Source of the DNA: Lytechinus pictus
Taxonomy: Eukaryota
Reading direction: 5' to 3'
Length of the DNA stretch: 64,000 nt
Assembly: GCF_037042905.1 (NCBI RefSeq)
Contig: NC_087251.1
Span: forward strand, 29,514,001-29,578,000
Below the pieces are notes generated by a model. That model was not told the DNA's origin and did no database searches. It saw only the letters and a list, made by a program, of their open reading frames with translations. Made by a program: the position numbers and the translations under genes. The stretch's first letter is position 1. Every line of letters begins with the position of its first letter. Below, one piece after another: positions 1-13,179 of this stretch.

Positions 1-3000
1 AAAAATTGGACAAAATTGGCCAAAATTGAGCAAAATAATATTTGTTCAATATTTCCCCCGAAACCCCCCCAAATCAGCCATCTTTGCTCCCTGGGATGTT
101 TTAGCATCCTAACCGATTATTACAGCGAGAATCAAGAGGATCCAGATGGGTTTGAATTTTCGACCCCCTCGCCCCACCCGCGACATGGAAAATTGGGCAA
201 AATTGGCCAAAATTGAGCAAAATAAAATTTGTTCAATATTTCCCCCGAAACCCCTCCAATCAGCCGTCTTGGCTCCCTGGGATGTTTTAGCATCCTAACC
301 GATTATTACAGCGAGAATCAAGAGGATCCAGGAAGTCTGAATTTTCGACCCCCTCGCCCAACCCTCGACATGGAAAATTGGGCAAAATTGTGCAAAATAA
401 TATTTGTTCAATATTTCCCCCAAAACCCCCCCAAATCAGCCGTCCTCGCTTCCTGGGATGTTTTAGCATCCTAACCGATTATTACAGCGAGAATAAAGAG
501 GATCCAGGGAGTTTGAATTTTCGACCCCCTCGCCCCACCCGCGACATGAAAAATTGGGCAAAATTGGCCAAAATTGAGCAAAATAATATTTGTTCAAAAT
601 TTCCCCAGAAACCCCCCCCCCCCCAAATCAGCCGTCTTCGCTCCTTGGGATGTTTTAGCATCCTAACCGATTATTACAGCGAGAATCAAGAGGATCCAGG
701 GAGTTTGAATTTTCGACCCCCTCGCCCCACCCGCGACATGGAAAATTGGGCAAAATTGGCCAAAATTGAGGAAAATAATATTTGTTCAATATTTCCCCCG
801 AAACCCCCCAAAATCAGCCGTCTTCGCTCCTTGGGATGTTTTAGCATCCTAACCGATTATTACAGCGAGAATCAAGAGGATCCAGGGAGTTTGAATTTTC
901 GACCCCCTCGCCCCACCCGCGACATGGAAAATTGGGCAAAATTGGCCAAAATTGAGGAAAATAATATTTGTTCAATATTTCCCCAGAAACCCCCCCCCCC
1001 AAATCAGCCGTCTTCGCTCCTTGGGATGTTTTAGCATCCTAACCGATTATTACAGCGAGAATCAAGAGGATCCAGGGAGTTTGAATTTTCGACCCCCTCG
1101 CCCCACCCGCGACATAGAAAATTGGCCAAAATTGGCCAAAATTGAGGAAAATAATATTTGTTCAATATTTCCCCCGAAACCCCCCAAAATCAGCCGTCTT
1201 CGCTCCCTGGGATGTTTCAGCATCCTAACCGATTATTACAGCGAGATTCAAGAGGATCAAGGGAGTTTGAATTTTCGACCCCCTTACCCCACCCATGACA
1301 TGGAAAATTGGGCAAAATTGGGCAAAATTGGGCAAAACTGAGCAAAATAATATTTGTTCAATATTTCCCCCTAAACCCCCCCAAATCAGCCGTCCTCGCT
1401 TCCTGGGATGTTTTAGCATCCTAACTGATTATTACAGCGAGAATCAAGAGGATCCAGGGAGTTTGAATTTTCGACCCCCTCGCCCCACCCGCGACATGGA
1501 AAATTGGGCAAAATTGGCCAAAATTGAGCAAAATAATATTTGTTCAATATTTCCCCCGAAACCCCCCAAAATCAGCCGTCTTTGCTCCCTGGGATGTTTT
1601 AGCATCCTAACCGATTATTACAGTGAGAATCAAAAGGATCCAGGGAGTTTGAATTTTCGACCCCCTTGCCCCACCCGCGACATGTAAAATTGGGCAAAAT
1701 TGGGCAAAACTGAGCAAAATAATATTTGTTCAATATTTCCCCCTAAACCCCCACAAATCAGCCATCCTCGCTTCCTGGGATGTTTTAGCATCCTAACTGA
1801 TTATTACAGCGAGAATCAAGAGGATCCAGGGAGTTTGAATTTTCGACCCCCTCGCCCCACCCGCGACATAAAAATTGGGCAAAATTGGGCAAAATTGAGC
1901 AAAATAATATTTGTTCAACATTTCCCCCGAAACCCCCCCAAATCAGCCGTCTTCGCTCCCTTGGATGTTTTAGCATCCTAACCGATTATTACAGCGAGAA
2001 TCAAGAGGATCCAGGGAGTTTGAATTTTCGACCCCCTCGCCCCACCCGCGACATGGAAAATTGGGCAAAATTTGCCAAAATTGAGCAAAATAATATTTGT
2101 TCAATATTTCCCCCGAAACCCCCCAAAATCAGCCGTCTTTGCTCCCTGGGATGTTTTAGCATCCTAACCGATTATTACAGCGAGAATCAAAAGGATCCAG
2201 GGAGTTTGAATTTTCGACCCCCTTGCCCCACCCGCGACATGGAAAATTGGGCAAAATTGGGCAAAACTGAGCAAAATAATATTTGTTCAATATTTCCCCC
2301 TAAACCCCCCCAAATCAGCCGTCCTCGCTTCTATGGATGTTTTAGCATCCTAACTGATTATTACAGCGAGAATCAAGAGGATCCAGGGAGTTTGAATTTT
2401 CGACCCCCTCACCCCACCCGCGACATGAAAAATTGGGCAAAATTGGCCAAAATTGAGCAAAATAATATTTGTTCAATATTTCCCCCGAAACCCCCCCAAA
2501 TCAGCCGTCTTCGCTCCTTGGGATGTTTTAGCATCCTAACCGATTATTACAGCGAGAATCAAGAGGATCCAGGGAGTTTGAATTTTCGACCCCATTGCCC
2601 CACCTGCGACATGGAAAATTGGGCAAAATTGGCCAAAATTGAGCAAAATAATATTTGTTCAATATTTCCCCCGAAACCCCCCCAAATCAGCCGTCTTCGC
2701 TCCCTGGGATGTTTTAGCATCCTAACCGATTATTACAGCGAGAATCAAGAGGATCCAGGGAGTTTGAATTTTCGACCCCCTCGCCCCACCCGCGACATGG
2801 AAAATTGGGCAAAATTGGCCAAAATTGAGGAAAATAATATTTGTTCAATATTTCCCCCGAAACCCCCCAAAATCAGCCGTCTTCGCTCCTTGGGATGTTT
2901 TAGCATCCTAACCGATTATTACAGCGAGAATCAAGAGGATCCAGGGAGTTTGAATTTTCGACCCCCTCGCCCCACCCGCGACATGGAAAATTGGGCAAAA

Positions 3001-6000
3001 TTGGCCAAAATTTAGGAAAATAATATTTGTTCAATATTTCCCCAGAAACCCCCCCCCCCAAATCAGCCGTCTTCGCTCCTTGGGATGTTTTAGCATCCTA
3101 ACCGATTATTACAGCGAGAATCAAGAGGATCCAGGGAGTTTGAATTTTCGACCCCCTCGCCCCACCCGCGACATGGAAAATTGGGCAAAATTGGCCAAAA
3201 TTAAGGAAAATAATATTTGTTCAATATTTCCCCCGAAACCCCCCAAAATCAGCCGTCTTCGCTCCCTGGGATGTTTCAGCATCCTAACCGATTATTACAG
3301 CGAGATTCAAGAGGATCCAGGGAGTTTGAATTTTCGACCCCCTTACCCCACCCATGACATGGAAAATTGGGCAAAATTGGGCAAAATTGGCCAAAATTGA
3401 GGAAAATAATATTTGTTCAATATTTCCCCCGAAACCCCCCAAAATCAGCCGTCTTCGCTCCCTGGGATGTTTCAGCATCCTAACCGATTATTACAGCGAG
3501 ATTCAAGAGGATCCAGGGAGTTTGAATTTTCGACCCCCTCGCCCCACCCGCGACATGAAAAATTGGGCAAAATTGGCCAAAATTGAGCAAAATAATATTT
3601 GTTCAATATTTCCCCCGAAACCCCCCCAAATCAGCCGTCTTCGCTCCTTGGGATGTTTTAGCATCCTAACCGATTATTACAGCGAGAATCAAGAGGATCC
3701 AGGGAGTTTGAATTTTCGACCCCCTCGCCCCACCCGCGACATGGAAAATTGGGCAAAATTGGCCAAAATTGAGCAAAATAATATTTGTTCAATATTTCCC
3801 CCAAAACCCCCCAAAATCAGCCGTCTTTGCTCCCTGGGATGTTTTAGCATCCTAACCGATTATTACAGCGAGAATCAAGAGGATCCAGGGAGTTTGAATT
3901 TTCGACCCCATTGCCCCACCTGCGACATGGAAAATTGGGCAAAATTGGCCAAAATTGAGCAAAATAATATTTGTTCAATATTTCCCCCGAAACCCCCCCA
4001 AATCAGCCGTCTTCGCTCCCTGGGATGTTTTAGCATCCTAACCGATTATTACAGTGAGAATCAAGAGAATCAAGAGGATCCAGGGAGTTTGAATTTTCGA
4101 CCCCCTCGCCCCACCCGCGACATGAAAAATTTGGCAAAATTGGCCAAAATTGAGGAAAATAATATTTGTTTCAATATTTCCCCCGAAACCCCCCCAAATC
4201 AGCCGTCTTCGCTCCCTGGGATGTTTAAGCATGCTAACCGATTATTACAGCGAGATTCAAGAGGATCCAGGGAGTTTAAATTTTCGACCCCCTCGCCCCA
4301 CCCGCGACATAAAAATTGGGCAAAATTGGCCAAAATTGAGCAAAATAATATTTGTTCAACATTTCCCCCGAAACCCCCCCAAATCAGCCGTCTTCGCTCC
4401 CTTGGATGTTTTAGCATCCTAACCGATCATTCCAGCGAGAATCAAGAGGATCCAGAGAGTTTGAATTTTCAACCCCCTCGCCCCACCCGCGACATGAAAA
4501 ATTGGGCAAAATTGGCCAAAATTGAGGAAAATAATATTTGTTCAATATTTCCCCCGAAACCCCCCCAAATCAGCCGTCTTCGCTTCTTGGGATGTTTTAG
4601 CATCCTAACCAATTATTACAGCGAGAATCAAGAGGATCCAGGGAGTTTGATTTTTCGACCCCCTCGCCCCACCCGCAACATGGAAAATTGGACAAAATTG
4701 GCCAAAATTGAGCAAAATAATATTTGTTCAATATTTCCCCCGAAACCCCCCCAAATCAGCCATCTTTGCTCCCTGGGATGTTTTAGCATCCTAACCGATT
4801 ATTACAGCGAGAATCAAGAGGATCCAGATGGGTTTGAATTTTCGACCCCCTCGCCCCACCCGCGACATGGAAAATTGGGCAAAATTGGCCAAAATTGAGC
4901 AAAATAATATTTGTTCAATATTTCCCCCGAAACCCCTCCAATCAGCCGTCTTTGCTCCCTGGGATGTTTTAGCATCCTAACCGATTATTACAGCGAGAAT
5001 CAAGAGGATCCAGGAAGTCTGAATTTTCGACCCCCTCGCCCAACCCTCGACATGGAAAATTGGGCAAAATTGTGCAAAATAATATTTGTTCAATATTTCC
5101 CCCAAAACCCCCCCAAATCAGCCGTCCTCGCTTCCTGGGATGTTTTAGCATCCTAACCGATTATTACAGCGAGAATAAAGAGGATCCAGGGAGTTTGAAT
5201 TTTCGACCCCCTCGCCCCACCCGCGACATGAAAAATTGGGCAAAATTGGCCAAAATTGAGCAAAATAATATTTGTTCAATATTTCCCCCGAAACCCCTCC
5301 AATCAGCCGTCTTTGCTCCCTGGGATGTTTTAGCATCCTAACCGATTATTACAGCGAGAATCAAGAGGATCCAGGAAGTCTGAATTTTCGACCCCCTCGC
5401 CCAACCCTCGACATGGAAAATTGGGCAAAATTGTGCAAAATAATATTTGTTCAATATTTCCCCCAAAACCCCCCAAAATCAGCCGTCCTCGCTTCCTGGG
5501 ATGTTTTAGCATCCTAACCGATTATTACAGCGAGAATAAAGAGGATCCAGGGAGTTTGAATTTTCGACCCCCTCGCCCCACCCGCGACATGAAAAATTGG
5601 GCAAAATTGGCCAAAATTGAGCAAAATAATATTTGTTCAAAATTTCCCCAGAAACCCCCCCCCCCCCCCAAATCAGCCGTCTTCGCTCCTTGGGATGTTT
5701 TAGCATCCTAACCGATTATTACAGCGAGAATCAAGAGGATCCAGGGAGTTTGAATTTTCGACCCCCTCGCCCCACCCGCGACATGGAAAATTGGGCAAAA
5801 TTGGCCAAAATTGAGGAAAATAATATTTGTTCAATATTTCCCCCGAAACCCCCCCAAATCAGCCGTCTTCGCTCCCTGGGATGTTTCAGCATCCTAACCG
5901 ATTATTACAGCGAGATTCAAGAGGATCCAGGGAGTTTGAATTTTCGACCCCCTCGCCCCACCCGCGACATGGAAAATTGGGCAAAATTGAGCAAAATAAT

Positions 6001-6424
6001 ATTTAGTCAATATTTCCCCCGAAACCCCCCATAATCAGCCGTCTTTGCTCCCTGGGATGTTTTAGCATCCTAACCGATTATTACAGCGAGAATCAAAAGG
6101 ATCCAGGGAGTTTGAATTTTCGACCCCCTTGCCCCACCCGCGACATGGAAAATTGGGAAAAATTGGGCAAAATTGAGCAAAATAATTTTTGTTTAATATT
6201 GCCCCCGAACCCCCCCAAATCAGCCGTCTTCACTCCCTGGGATGTTTTAGCATCCTAACCGATTATTACAGGGAGAATCAAGAAGATCCAGGGAGTTTGA
6301 ATTTTCGACCCCCTCGCCCCATCCGCGACATGGAAAATTGGGCAAAATTGAGAAAAATAATTTTTGTTTAATATTGCCGCCGAAACCCCCCCAAATCAGC
6401 CGTCTTCGCTCCCTGGGATGTTTT
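1..6424. repeat. Tandem satellite array, ~186-bp monomer, ~34 copies, running off the left edge of the window
   Basis: Monomer AAAATTGGGCAAAATTGGCCAAAATTGAGCAAAATAATATTTGTTCAATATTTCCCCCGAAACCCCCC...GGATGTTTTAGCATCCTAACCGATTATTACAGCGAGAATCAAGAGGATCCAGGGAGTTTGAATTTTCGACCCCCTCGCCCCACCCGCGACATGG repeats continuously, with one BamHI site per unit. Units degenerate after ~5950 and stop at 6424. Confidence 0.98.
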
Positions 6425-7521
6425 ACATGTAGGTTTTATAGGAAAGAAAATTGTAGGCCCTATAATTCTATATACAAAACTTAGGGATTTTCTTCACTTC
6501 AAATTGCCAAGTTTTTTTTCTAAAAACAACACCCCTTTAATAATTGATCTAAAAATCCTCTTTACAGTAAATAGGTAAAAGAAATAGAATACAGTATGAA
6601 AAATTCTTCATAACAGTCACCAAGAGAATTTCAATTATCATGGTTATTTTTATCCACAGATCAGAAACCAAATCCTGTAGTTACCGGTAATGGAAATGCT
6701 TTTTCTCCAAGCATATTATTTGTGCACTGGTTTGAAAATTGATAGAAAAGGCATTTGATAAGATATTTAACCTGTAAAACAAATCAAAGTACTAAAATGT
6801 GTGTACATCCTGAGAAGTGTATTAAACTTATCAAACAGATAGCTTGTCTACAGGGCAGCGGCCAGCTCTCAGAGAATACATTCAAATCAGAAAACACAAA
6901 AGAGGATACATAAATCTATTTTTTGTTGACTGCCTGTTCAACTTATTGTTTTTGTTAAAAATTGGAAGAGTCTGAAATATCCATCAAAGAGGTACGTTAA
7001 TATCTATATTAGATATTAACATACAATATAGTCATCAGTCTTATCAGACAGTGTTTGACTTAATTAATTCAGTGTGTTTTTTTTTTCTTTTATTCCCCTT
7101 CTTTCCCTTCCTGTTCAGTAGTCTCCAGTCTTCGTTAGCACAGAGGGTGACCCAGGATTTTCTGAATTATATTATCACCTTTATTACACACCAACCACTT
7201 CGGGTTTTTTTTTAACAAAGAGGGACCCCCCACTCACTTCTAGGGTCTTATACTTTACATGTTATTGTAGTGCACATCTACCAACTGATAAATCTTGACT
7301 AGATCTAGGCCTCTACCCCTGGCAATAGAAAACAGTATTATAATATATTAGAGCTACACTACCCTATTCCATAGCTCTATCATAAACCCAGGGGGCTCCA
7401 CCACCAAAGCGAAGGCAGCGGAGGCCCCATCTCCCGAAGGTCTAAGTTAGAACCTACACATGTACATGTACTGGATTCTATTTGAATTTTAATGTCAGAG
7501 TTAAAAAGTCAGGTTTAAGAT

Positions 7522-8360
7522 TAGACCAAAAGCTTCAGTCTCTGTATTTTGGTTGTTCCGCTGAACTACGTTGGCTCCACTCACCATACATAGACTGAAG
7601 GGGATGGGGCCCCGTACCTACAGCCAACGTATAGTGAACTAGCGTTTTATAGATCGCGATTTAAAACTGTTTTTTAAGCAAAATTGAAAGTTTCATGGTT
7701 TCCATTATCAGGTAAATATAAATAACTTAAGTGATTGCATACCTTGGGCCGGAGTTATTGAAAAAAATCCTCTGGATGATTGAGAAATCTGTCATCTAAG
7801 ACATTTTCACCTGACCTGACGGTTTTTCTTGCAAGTTGCCATCTTGAATGACGTCATTATCGTATTAACTTAATGTCTCGAATCGATATATCGCGATTAT
7901 AACTAGTACTAGTACTAGTATAACTAGTATCGTTTATCTTCGGTTTCGTTCGCATATGGAGCAGATCGTATAATATCGAAAGCAATATCGATATCACATT
8001 CGTGATTGTTGACGTTCGTTTGTAAACATTTTATAGTTTGGCTGCCATTTTGACCATTTTTATCGTGTTCAACCCAATTAAACATCGGTAAAGTATATTT
8101 TTCATGCCTTTTTCATCTATATCGTTTAAAGTATTTAAATGTTAAAATATAAAGTTTTAAAAGTTTGTTGTTTATACATCCTTAGATTGTAAATTTGATG
8201 TGTAAAATTACATCAAACTTTGGACTGTGAATTGACAAAAGGGAGGGAATGAGAACACATGCGAGCCCACACGTACACCCTACCGTCGGTAAATGGGGAT
8301 TACAGTAAAATGTCAGAAATTGTTGAATAAATCCCCAGAAACGACGGTTATTCCTGTCTA
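7522..8360 (+). mobile_element. Non-autonomous DNA transposon, TAGAC...GTCTA termini, 9-bp TSD (AcademH-like or MULE-like), copy A
   Basis: Flanked by the perfect direct repeat GTTTAAGAT (7513-7521 and 8361-8369). A near-identical second copy lies at 23289-23937 with a different 9-bp TSD. Confidence 0.9.
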
Positions 8361-11300
8361 GTTTAAGATAAGACATAGAAGAGATCTAGAGTAACATTTG
8401 TGGTTCTAGTAGATCTATAATGTTAGCTTACTAATGATGTAAAGACAGTTTCAATCTTGGGCCCTTGAATCTAGACTAATTACAAGCGATTGCTCGTATT
8501 GCCTGAGCTAGATATCTATCCTAGATCTCTTGTATTGCTAAACTAGATTAGGTCCCGCATTAGGTCTCGATTTTGATCTATAAAGCATGAATGGAAGGAG
8601 CCCCAGCCAGACCCAGTCCAGGGGCAGGGCTGCACCACCCCATTCCCTGGCCAGGACCAAGGTCCAAACCGGGGTAGGCCTAGACTAAAGTAGTAATGGT
8701 ACTGGTAGGGCCAGCTCAGCTCATCCAAAATTTCTTAGATCAACAAGACAACAGTTAGATCTAGACTAGGCCTAAGTCTAAATTAGACGCTAAGTCCTAG
8801 ATAGAAAACTATCTACTGTAAATCTAGACTAGGAGTTAAAAGGGGCCAAGCAAGTACTTGCTAAATGCTAGGGCCTGGCCCTGCATGGCCATGCCTATTT
8901 CATGCTTTTTTTTTAATCTCCGAACAGTTACATAGATAGGCTCAGCCCAACTTATTTAGGCCTGTGCTAGGCCCTAACTTCCGGCTAGGCCTAGAAATAG
9001 TCGAGGGCCTGGCTCTAACGGTCAGTGAGTGATAGAGTAAATTTTGTATAGGTAGGCCTAGACTAGACTCTAAACTCTAAAGAGAGGGTCTAGTCTAATC
9101 TAGACTAGGCCTAACGTTGGAACTTAGATCTATTAGTATTAGTATTAGAATTTTCCAGAAAGGGCAGGGGTGCTCCTACGGCCGGGCCTAACATCGTTAG
9201 GTTTAAAATCAATGAAAATGTCCTGAAGGTTAATTAAAACTTTTTTCTGTCAGTGTTGATTCCATGCATTATGATTACGCCATTATAATATGTCTGTGTC
9301 AGACGCCGGAACCTCCGCTCCGGTTAGCACTGCCGGCGTTGTACGGCTAAAAGCAGCCGGGGAGCATCCGAGCAATTATTGCATAAAATTGACGGCGATA
9401 ATAATTCATTTAAAAGATCTATTTATACTTTGAAACTTTGAATTCTGGTCAGAACGTGAGATATATCTATTAAGCTACGATATATAGCAATGATCTTTGG
9501 ATACATACCAAAATATGCCTCTATCCCGTCAAAATGGGAAGTCGAAGACACTTTCTCGCACGAACTTGCAGCGGCTGAATATATATATAGTGATAACTTA
9601 TGCCAAGTTTATGTCAACAGGCTAGGCTCGTTCATGACTATTCAGTTTATGTAATGATGATTAATTCGCGTCACAAGCTAAAACAATGCATATATATTTT
9701 TATGCAACGGAATTTATGTCAACGGCAATATAAGCTATGCATGATTTTATGTCAAGATCGAAATTTATGTCATTATGACATAAATTTTTATGCAACAGGG
9801 CCCTGAAGTTGTAAAACTTGATTTATGGTCAATTATGGGGCTAATCATTGTTAAAAGGGCATCCTTGCGCAATGTTGCCAGCGCGAACCACCAGCTCAAA
9901 CTTCTTGACATGTCGTGTAATAAGACATGGAAATTAAATATTCTTAGCTGGTTTTGTAATCATGAAAAAGATGTGTATCTAACTAAAAAATAACTGTACG
10001 CTCGCTATTTTTTTTATATACTGACCAGTAAAGGAAGCAGTTAATTACTGCATTTTAAATAGGATACATAACTCACCAATAAAAATAATGCGAGCGCAAA
10101 GCGCGAGCTCAAAAATATGTGATATTCCAACCTGAAAACTGGACATTCTAAGTATTTTTTTGTGAACGGGAAGAGAACGAGTACAATAATTGATGCGAGA
10201 AGCGAGCCAAAAATTGTGATATTCCAACCATAAAGCAACATTCTATACATTTTTGTAACCATGAGCAGGATTAGTACTGTACTAAACAATAATTGATGCA
10301 AGCACGATTCAAAATCTGTGATTTTCGAACCTAAAATGTATTATGTTTTATTATTAAAGAAGGTATATATTTATTTTAAAAAAAGGCATATTTCATTTGG
10401 AAAAAAAAATCCTACAGGGATTTTTTTTTGGGGGGGGGTGCAAGAGAGCACAAAGCGCAAGCTAAAATTTTCAAATGCTTAAACTGAAAATGAGTCATTT
10501 TTACGATTCTTGTCAGTTTTCATATTTTTTTTTTGCTTACAACCACTTTTAAATTTCAATTCTCATTTCTTGTATCTTCTACACTTATTTCACCTTAAAA
10601 AAACAGAATAAAGAATACTAACAAAATAAAGTTATATTTAAAAGGATATAAAATAAACAGGGCGCACCCCATATCCTTTGTTGGGAGAGGGTAAATCTTA
10701 ATTATTTCTTGAAACAGTTAATCAATCCTTAATTATTAATACTTATTGATAATATCAATAATTATTGATTATTCAATTATTATTTTTGTATTAATTATTA
10801 TTTCTTGAAACTATATTGACACAAAACAAATACGTTGTTTATTTCATTGAAACTGTAGAGACATGAAATTCACTATTGAACGATTATAAATTATGATTAA
10901 AAAGAAGTAAACATTTTTTCCCCTTTGTTTTGTCAATCTGATCCAAAACAAATATACAATTTAGAAAAGAGATATATAGAGAGAAGAAGTTCCACCACCA
11001 AGAATAAACTTAGACAAGGGGGGGGGGGGAGGGAAAGTAAAAGATGGAGTAAATGTGATATTATTTTTTAAACAATCTATCGCAATATTAGCTTTCCTAT
11101 AGAAAGAGGGGGACAAATTTTGTTCACTCGCTCGTTTCAATCGCTTTCTTCTTTTTTTGACATAAATTTTGCTCTATATGCCATGCTTGGCCCCTCAAAG
11201 TTTCTGGTTCATCATGCCATTGACATAACCCATTTGGATATGACAAATTGAAGACTGTGTTCAAGTTTACCAAATCTTTTCAGAATATCATTAAGACTTA

Positions 11301-11749
11301 AAACATTCTTGTTGGCCAAAGAAAATAATACAAGGAAAATCCTAATGGAATAGATATCAACCTTGTTACCGTTCTTTAGAGTTAGCTATATTTAAAGTAT
11401 GAAAATTGTTGTCAAAATTGCAGTCAGATGTCAAATTTATTCTTGTCATCAAAGCACTATTATCTTGATCATGATCATTATTATTTACTGTCATTATCAT
11501 CATTAGTCATGATTACAACACATTACCAATACATAATGCTATTTTTCATAACTGATATATTCTTTGTTTGAAAACTCTTGATAATGGTGACAATTACAAT
11601 TGATGACACTGCTAGTACACTTACTACTGCTGCTGCTAATGTTACTGGTGACTGGTAGTATTTACCATTAGTGTCATTAAATATAAAAAAAAAAACAATT
11701 GAAACATTTATAATAACTTATTTAAAACAAATGAAAGTACAAAATACAA

Positions 11750-11889
11750 AATGCCTTGAAAAGGCCTTGAAAATGCCTTGAAAATGCCTTGAAAACGCCT
11801 TGAAAATGCCTTGAAATTTCAAGGCTCAAAGTCCCCAAGGCCAAGCTGGCCCTCTCAAAAAGTTAATGCGCTAGCCTAAGCGAGCCCTG
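11750..11889. mobile_element. Probable right end of a DNA transposon with 11-bp subterminal repeats
   Basis: About six tandem AAATGCCTTGA units followed by ...GCTAGCCTAAGCGAGCCCTG (reverse complement of a CAGGG-type terminus). The matching left end was not found. Confidence 0.45.
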
Positions 11890-12469
11890 CCATTAATGGC
11901 AGCTAGTTTGATCAAGGAGATATATCACCTCTAGAGGTGATATCTCCTTGGTTTGATAAGTGTTTAAGAACAATTTCTGCAGGAGGTGCAAAAACCACAC
12001 CGGCAACCTCAACAACATCAAGATGTCCAACAACCACTCCGGGAACATTAACAGCAACCACAACTTCAGCAAGAGTTTCAACAAACACATCAGCAAAAAC
12101 CAACAGCAGCAGCAACAATAGCACTTATGAAAGGAATTTAATTGAAACTCAAAAGCCAATGAGGAAACATCTTTTACCAAATGAGACATCATTTGTTCAT
12201 TCTTTTACAGGATAAAGGAAAGCTTTTTTGAAAGTGTAAATTTGCAGGAACACAATGTATGTTCCCTCTGTATCTATTTATTGAAATAAATTTGACTTTA
12301 AAAAGAATGAATGATGATTCAATAAATATCTACTTTTTATTTGTCAATGAGTAAAAATACATGTATTTTCTATTTAGAATGACAAAAAGCAATTTATCAA
12401 ATCAAAATCATCAAACAATTGACCAATATGGCTCTTAGGCCCTCAAAATTGTTGGTATTTTGATGAAAA

Positions 12470-12724
12470 AGCTGTTTCTGCGGCAATATTTGACGCAGCT
12501 CAAATAGCTTCGTCAAATTTGCCGCAGAAATTGTCATTTGCCGCAGCTCCTTGAGCTGCGTCAAATATTGCCGCTGAAATTGTCATTTGCCGCAGAAAGT
12601 ATCTGCGGCAAAGTTTTATGAAACGGAAACTTGACGCTGTTTTAAGATTTGCCGCAGAAACACAGATTTGCCGCAGAAAATGGGAGTTGCCGCTGCGGCA
12701 AATGTTTTATGAAACGGGCCCCTG
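12470..12724. mobile_element. Right end of a MITE/DNA transposon (Harbinger-like) with repeated TTTGCCGCAG motifs
   Basis: Many direct and inverted GCCGCAG/CTGCGGC motifs ending in TTTTATGAAACGGGCCCCTG. A related terminus, TTTTATGCAACAGGGCCCTG, lies at ~9785-9805. Confidence 0.5.
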
Positions 12725-12810
12725 AACTCGGTGGGAAAAATAATTTCGCCCCCCGGCCATCCCCCAATAATTCACGTAGGCCTACAATCATGGTTAGTGC
12801 GGCCCTCAAC

Positions 12811-12979
12811 TAGTCTACAAATGTAGACCCACATCTGCAGTGTGTGTACCTCAGCTGATTCAACGAGTCTGCATAGCAGACTAGGTCTACTGAGGCTCCG
12901 CTCGCCCTTTCAGGCTGGTTTGCGAAGCAAACCAGCAGATCCCACCTCACGAGCCATTCAGAGTCTGCATAGCAGACTA
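12811..12979 (+). mobile_element. 169-bp mini-transposon, TAGTCT...AGACTA termini, 9-bp TSD
   Basis: TSD GCCCTCAAC at 12802-12810 and 12980-12988. The right-end motif GAGTCTGCATAGCAGACTA is also duplicated internally (~12865-12883). Confidence 0.85.
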
Positions 12980-13001
12980 GCCCTCAACCACTGTGAACAC
13001 A

Positions 13002-13179
13002 TAGTCTAGCTACTGGGCAAACCCTTCACTCGAGTTAAGGGTCTGAATGTGCAGCCTGCTCATGCCTTGTGTACTGAAGGCTCTCTCGCTCAGGAACAGC
13101 AAGTTTTGTATGTGCTAGTCATTGCGTGGAGGCACACTTATTGATCAAAGTTCCAATCAGGGTCTGTGCCTGCAGACTA
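13002..13179 (+). mobile_element. 178-bp mini-transposon, TAGTCT...AGACTA termini, 9-bp TSD
   Basis: TSD GTGAACACA at 12993-13001 and 13180-13188. The internal sequence differs from the adjacent 12811-12979 element. Confidence 0.85.

Noticed and set aside
16..6371. Long repetitive ORFs (up to 514 aa) with a 62-aa period
   Set aside because: These are a by-product of a 186-bp (3n) satellite monomer with one stop-free frame. Poly-C and 10-bp indels shift the frame freely, stops occur, and there are no splice or homology signals.
1..6424. CRISPR-like array
   Set aside because: The whole monomer repeats with no unique spacers, there are no cas genes, and the context is eukaryotic.
6840..7160. 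Exon-like splice signals (CTACAG|, GAG|GTACGT, TTCAG|) after the satellite
   Set aside because: No consistent open frame or recognisable protein could be assembled.
11893..12215. Thr/Ser-rich ORF (92 aa) and overlapping antisense ORFs
   Set aside because: Low-complexity (ACA/GCA-rich) sequence wedged between transposon ends. It may be a remnant of a transposon accessory gene, but no domain was recognised.
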